Part shown: positions 56,344-60,603 of the stretch, one piece after another | Position numbering within the stretch: position 1 is the stretch's first letter | How the letters are laid out: each line of letters starts with the position of its first letter | NCBI GenBank assembly: GCA_030615235.1 | Contig: JAUWZR010000001.1 | Span: 1 to 60,603, forward strand | DNA: 60,603 nucleotides | Direction of reading: 5' to 3' | From: Promethearchaeota archaeon | GTDB lineage: Archaea > Asgardarchaeota > Lokiarchaeia > Sigyniarchaeales > SOKP01 | Notes under the pieces: model-generated | The model's input: only the letters and a program-made list of their open reading frames with translations | Told to the model about the DNA's origin: nothing | Databases searched by the model: none | Made by a program: the position numbers and the translations under genes

Positions 56344-57847
56344 TATAGCAGATAATGAAATTGATATAAAAAATCAATTTACACTTATACTAGGTAAATT
56401 TAAAAAAGAACAAATAAATCAGTTTCAAGAATTTAATACATATGATTTATTTGAGGATTTTAATGTTATATCTTTTGAGACAATTTTAACTATATTTAAA
56501 AATGAAATACATAATGTAAACTTTCTAAGATTTGTTGAAATTCTTGATCCTTTTCTTAACACTACCAAATTTTTTATTCAATTAATAGGAAAATACAGTG
56601 AATTAACTCAATTTTTTGATCAATCTTTACGACTTAGGATATTTGCAAGTGAAAATGAGAATTTAGAAAAACTCTTAGAAATTCGGAAGAAAATAGATGA
56701 AAAAAACACACCAAAAGTAAAAGAAATTTTAGATGAAATCAGAGATTTAAATAATTTGATTATCGAAGAAATAAAAACATTAAATTATTTAGAAGAGGAT
56801 TTTATTAACCAAAAAATGAAAATTGATCGATTTAACAAATCAATAAACAATCTTCAGATAAAATTAAAGAATTTAGACACACAAAAAAAAAAGGCGCTTA
56901 AAAAAATTAGTGTAATAACAGGAGAAAATGAAGATTCAAGAGATATGGATGAGGAATTAACAGATTCTCAAAGGATTTTAAAATTTCAACAACAAGTTAG
57001 AGATTTTAATTATGAAATGAAGAAAATTAATGAGAATATTCATAAAGAGAGTACCGAATTTCGAGAGTTTAAGCTCAATTTTTTGATAATCGAAGAAGAT
57101 TATAAACTTCTCAAAAGCACAATAAATGGTTATAATAACAAATTAAATGAACTTAAAAAAGAATTATCTAAAATTATTGATACAGAATTAGGTGATTTTG
57201 AAATGTCCGATCTCCTCAAATCACATAATCAAATTATTAAACATTTCGAAGAAAATGACCTTAAAATAAAAAATATTCAAAAACATAAATTTTTTGACAA
57301 AAACCAATCCGATGCTCTATCAACTATATATAAAGAATTAGTTAATATCAAGTCTAATCTAACTAAAAATAAAATTAATTTTACTAAAGATGATATAGAA
57401 AAATCTGTAGATTTTTATCAAAATATTGAATCTAAAATTATAATATTAGAAGAAATAATCAATAAATTTTTAATGCAAATCTATTTGAAATATTCCCTCG
57501 AAATTACAATAAATGATAATAAGAATTTATTTATTAAACAAAAATTCTTCCAAATAAGAAAAAAAACCACTCTAAACTTCAATGAATTGACAACTCCAGA
57601 AAAAATTTTTTTCTTAATTGTCTTAGATATTTCATTGAGAATTTTATTTAATAAAAAAATAATTTATTCGAATATGTTTTTACCAGTAATCTATAATAAA
57701 CAAGGTTCAATATTTCGAACTTTAAAAAAAATTATTCCAGTGTTCGAAAGGGAAACTGAACTTCAAGACATTAGTTTGATCTTTATTTTATCTAATATAG
57801 AAATGAAAGAAAGAATAACGAATTTAGATGTTATCAAAATCAAATAA
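56315..57847 (+). CDS. SMC/Rad50-like coiled-coil protein with degenerate ATPase motifs
   Basis: The N-terminus KIQILERINIADNEIDIKNQFTLILGKFKKEQ has the strand pattern of an SMC head, but GKFKKE replaces GxxGxGKS/T. A long coiled coil follows. The C-terminal LTTPEKIFFLIVLDISL sits in place of LSGGE. Confidence 0.45.
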   Translation: MKIQILERINIADNEIDIKNQFTLILGKFKKEQINQFQEFNTYDLFEDFNVISFETILTIFKNEIHNVNFLRFVEILDPFLNTTKFFIQLIGKYSELTQFFDQSLRLRIFASENENLEKLLEIRKKIDEKNTPKVKEILDEIRDLNNLIIEEIKTLNYLEEDFINQKMKIDRFNKSINNLQIKLKNLDTQKKKALKKISVITGENEDSRDMDEELTDSQRILKFQQQVRDFNYEMKKINENIHKESTEFREFKLNFLIIEEDYKLLKSTINGYNNKLNELKKELSKIIDTELGDFEMSDLLKSHNQIIKHFEENDLKIKNIQKHKFFDKNQSDALSTIYKELVNIKSNLTKNKINFTKDDIEKSVDFYQNIESKIIILEEIINKFLMQIYLKYSLEITINDNKNLFIKQKFFQIRKKTTLNFNELTTPEKIFFLIVLDISLRILFNKKIIYSNMFLPVIYNKQGSIFRTLKKIIPVFERETELQDISLIFILSNIEMKERITNLDVIKIK

Positions 57848-57882
57848 AGAAGTGAAGATATCTGAGTAAAAATCAAAAAGAA

Positions 57883-58365
57883 ATGATAAGAGAAATTGCA
57901 AAGCTAATTTTAACAAATAAAAAGAAAATGGTAAAAGAAGAAGATTTAATAAGACTCTATGATAAATCTACTTCGGATTTTGACGAAACTTTTAAAGATC
58001 TATATGAACAATTTAATAAACTAGGTTTTGAACTTATAAAGTCAGAATTTCAAGGGAATAATTATTATGTTTTAACATCAGAAGGTAAGGATGATAATAT
58101 AACTCCAAGCCAATATGGTAGTTTAGCACTTATTGCTGCATTATCTAAGGAAGTAAATGAGAACATAAAAATTGAGGATCTAAAAGAAATATTCAAAGAT
58201 CAATGGAATTTAGATATTAAATTTCTTATAGATAATGATTTTTTAAGGAAAATTGACGATTTGGGAATAGTTAAAATAACTCCAATCGGAAAAGCTATAT
58301 TAAAAGAAATTCTGCCTGATTTATCACTAGACACACTATTAGATATATTTGAAGTTGAAGAATAA
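57883..58365 (+). CDS. Hypothetical 160-aa protein, last gene of the island (possible winged-helix)
   Basis: Operonic with the preceding genes. It has a weak resemblance to small wHTH partners of SMC-like proteins, which is not enough for a call. Confidence 0.35.
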   Translation: MIREIAKLILTNKKKMVKEEDLIRLYDKSTSDFDETFKDLYEQFNKLGFELIKSEFQGNNYYVLTSEGKDDNITPSQYGSLALIAALSKEVNENIKIEDLKEIFKDQWNLDIKFLIDNDFLRKIDDLGIVKITPIGKAILKEILPDLSLDTLLDIFEVEE

Positions 58366-58388
58366 ATCTAAAAATAAAAAAATATAAA

Positions 58389-58772
58389 TTAGTCTTTATC
58401 TAAATCGATTTTAAATTGGTCGTAAATTTTTTTCACGCGATCAGCAGAAGGGCCAGTACCTCTCACACCATCTTCATTTACGATAATTTTCCCATTTAAA
58501 ATAGAAATTATGTTTTGATCTTCTATATAATTCACATGCCCTTTGGAAAAAATTGTTGCGATTCTGTCTGCTAATGCGGCCATAGGAAACGGTTCTTCTT
58601 CAACAGTTACATAACGATAATACGAACTTCTAATCATTAGTTTTGGGAAAACTTTACCTTTTTCATTTTTAACGTTTGTAAGAATGAGATTACTGTCCTC
58701 TGAAACTCCTTTGAGTTGTCCTACGAAGAATTTATCCTTATCAAGATAAATTTTAACGATTTTATCGATCAA
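58389..58772 (-). CDS. Sm-like (LSm) domain protein with a C-terminal extension
   Basis: IVKIYLDKDKFFVGQLKGVSEDSNLILTNV ... KLMIRSSYYRYVTV fits the Sm1/Sm2 pattern. Confidence 0.5.
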   Translation of the reverse strand: MIDKIVKIYLDKDKFFVGQLKGVSEDSNLILTNVKNEKGKVFPKLMIRSSYYRYVTVEEEPFPMAALADRIATIFSKGHVNYIEDQNIISILNGKIIVNEDGVRGTGPSADRVKKIYDQFKIDLDKD

Positions 58773-58904
58773 TAAACCTAATTCGGTATTATATTGCCTT
58801 AGACTGATATTTCAACACCTTCAATAAAAAATATTTTTTACTTTATTATTATCTTTATTTGCTTTTATTTTTAATTTAATTTCTATGTCAATAATTTATA
58901 TATT

Positions 58905-59564
58905 TTAATTGGAAAATAGTTCTTTTACTAATTCGGGTATATTTTCTTCTGTAATAGCACTGGTTGTAATCACTTTAATATTCGGATTTATTTCAATAGC
59001 ATCTCTAATCATTTCTTCGAGATTAACTTCGATTACATCAAGTAGATCTATTTTATTTATTACTGCTATATCAGAAAATTTAAATAGTATAGGATGTTTA
59101 CGAATTACCCATGGGCCTTCAGTAATTGAGACTACTACAATCCGTTTATTAGTTCCTAAAATAAAATCTGAGGGACATATTAGATTACCCACATTTTCTA
59201 TAAAAACAACATCAAAATTATTTAAATCATAGTTTTTTATTACTTGAGAGATATGATATGAATTTAAAGCACATTCTCTTCCTGTGTTAATCTGAACGGT
59301 TTTTACGCCATGTTTTTCAATGCGATCAGCATCAATTCGTGTGGCAACATCCCCATTTATAACTAAAACTCTCTTATTTCTTGAGATATTTTTCGAAATT
59401 GACTCCAATAAAGCAGTTTTTCCTGCACCTATAGCACCAACAATATCAAATGACTTTATATTATGTTTCTTGAATATTTCTTTATTCCGAGCCGCTAGAT
59501 TCTCATTATTTTCAATTAAATCCTCGTTTAATTCAATAACTTTTGATAATCCATCTTCAGACAT
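58905..59564 (-). CDS. hypB: Hydrogenase nickel-incorporation GTPase HypB
   Basis: P-loop GAIGAGKTALLE, ENVGNLICPSDF and INKIDL, which are G3E-family HypB blocks. Confidence 0.88.
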   Translation of the reverse strand: MSEDGLSKVIELNEDLIENNENLAARNKEIFKKHNIKSFDIVGAIGAGKTALLESISKNISRNKRVLVINGDVATRIDADRIEKHGVKTVQINTGRECALNSYHISQVIKNYDLNNFDVVFIENVGNLICPSDFILGTNKRIVVVSITEGPWVIRKHPILFKFSDIAVINKIDLLDVIEVNLEEMIRDAIEINPNIKVITTSAITEENIPELVKELFSN

Positions 59565-59663
59565 ATTAATTTAATGATTTAATTAATTTAAGATAAAAAA
59601 AATAAGATTTAATCGTTGATATTTTTTACTAATTCCAAAAAAAATAAAAAAAGTTAATTTTTA

Positions 59664-60596
59664 TCACATAAACATTCTATACTTAAATACTAAATATGAT
59701 CCTAATATTCCACCTAATTCAGGGAGATAGTAGAGAAAATATAGGAATGACCCACTGAACCCAAATAATAATCCGGGAATTAATCTAAATAGAATAATAA
59801 TAAGTAAAAAACTTTTTCCACTCATCCTGATTGGAATTATTGTTACTAGTGCTGTTAATCTTTGATTCATTGCAGGGAAAATTATAAAAGTAAACAAGCC
59901 GAATAGGCCCCCCCAAACTAATCCAACACTATCAAAATAAGAAAGACTGTCTAAAGGATAATAAAATGTTATCCCAAGCCTCAATAAAATATAAAATATA
60001 AATGAAACAAACCCGGAAAATAAGAATAATTTTACTAAGAATCTCGTTCCAAAAGCTGATTCAATTATTTTCCCCATTGAATAAGCGAAGTAAAACATTA
60101 TTAATATAAGAATTATTGAAAAGAAGAAGAAATAATCGAATGGATTAATAGAATATATAAAAAGAGATGTAATAAAAGTATGAAACGTATATTTGTAAAT
60201 TATAGCATTTAAGCTTAAAAAAACATACTCTTCCATACCCAGACTTCTAAAAATTATCGCTACTACTGAAAAGGAGATAATTAGTAAAAGTATCACTTTA
60301 ATACCTTGATGTTGTGATTTCTTAGACGAGTACCTGCGCATTTGTTTTAAAGATTTTTTCTCCAGTCTTTTTTGTCTTCTTATATATTTACTAACATCTA
60401 TAGTTCCTTTATTGGAAATACTATGTTTAAGTTTAGATTCTTTAAGAGCTGAAGTTATGACAGGAATATGTTTTGATTCAAAACTACATTGGTGATTCTC
60501 AGGTAAACGATGTTCTTTACAATACGCTCCTCCGCAATACTTACATTTAAATGGTAAGAAGGGTATTTTTTCCCCACAATGTTCGCAAAATGTCAT
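59664..60596 (-). CDS. AN1-type zinc-finger domain fused to a polytopic membrane domain (rhomboid-like?)
   Basis: The N-terminus CEHCGEKIPFLPFKCKYCGGAYCKEHRLPENHQC matches the AN1 finger Cys/His pattern. About 6 TM helices follow. I could not place rhomboid catalytic Ser/His motifs convincingly. Confidence 0.6.
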   Translation of the reverse strand: MTFCEHCGEKIPFLPFKCKYCGGAYCKEHRLPENHQCSFESKHIPVITSALKESKLKHSISNKGTIDVSKYIRRQKRLEKKSLKQMRRYSSKKSQHQGIKVILLLIISFSVVAIIFRSLGMEEYVFLSLNAIIYKYTFHTFITSLFIYSINPFDYFFFFSIILILIMFYFAYSMGKIIESAFGTRFLVKLFLFSGFVSFIFYILLRLGITFYYPLDSLSYFDSVGLVWGGLFGLFTFIIFPAMNQRLTALVTIIPIRMSGKSFLLIIILFRLIPGLLFGFSGSFLYFLYYLPELGGILGSYLVFKYRMFM

Positions 60597-60603
60597 GGAT
60601 TAT

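Overview
This is an AT-rich archaeal chromosomal segment, called by eye from motifs with no searches run. The core genes are rpoH and an unsplit rpoB, cbf5, thiL, the PolD large and small subunits next to orc1/cdc6, carS, archease and rtcB, cutA, pelota and hypB, plus three tRNAs, two of which carry introns. An Elf1 homologue and a Roadblock-small GTPase fusion suggest an Asgard (Loki-like) or related lineage, but this is inference only. Three areas stand out. (1) Positions 1-3120 are a compositionally distinct, C-poor block with ORFs only on the + strand. It encodes an HUH rolling-circle Rep and several zinc-ribbon mini-proteins and ends in long hairpins, so it is probably the edge of an integrated plasmid or virus-like element. 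(2) Two candidate actin-regulator-like proteins lie at 31.6-35.4 kb: an unlisted 51-aa ORF with a WH2-like motif, and a protein with a coiled coil, a poly-proline tract and an amphipathic tail. (3) A ~20-kb accessory island (38.2-58.4 kb) sits between the Elf1-like and Sm-like genes. It holds a 12-gene operon of internally duplicated coiled-coil and zinc-ribbon proteins, a classic AAA ATPase, a Rad50-like ATPase with a CxxC hook flanked by two paralogous ~150-aa genes, and a DUF5591-like plus small TGT/DpdA-like pair. It also holds a PD-(D/E)xK nuclease fused to a HerA-type ATPase, and an operon in DndB-like / DndC-like (PAPS reductase) / degenerate SMC-like / small protein order. I read the island as a candidate composite DNA-modification plus restriction system that does not match a described architecture. 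No CRISPR array, rRNA, transposase or integrase was seen.
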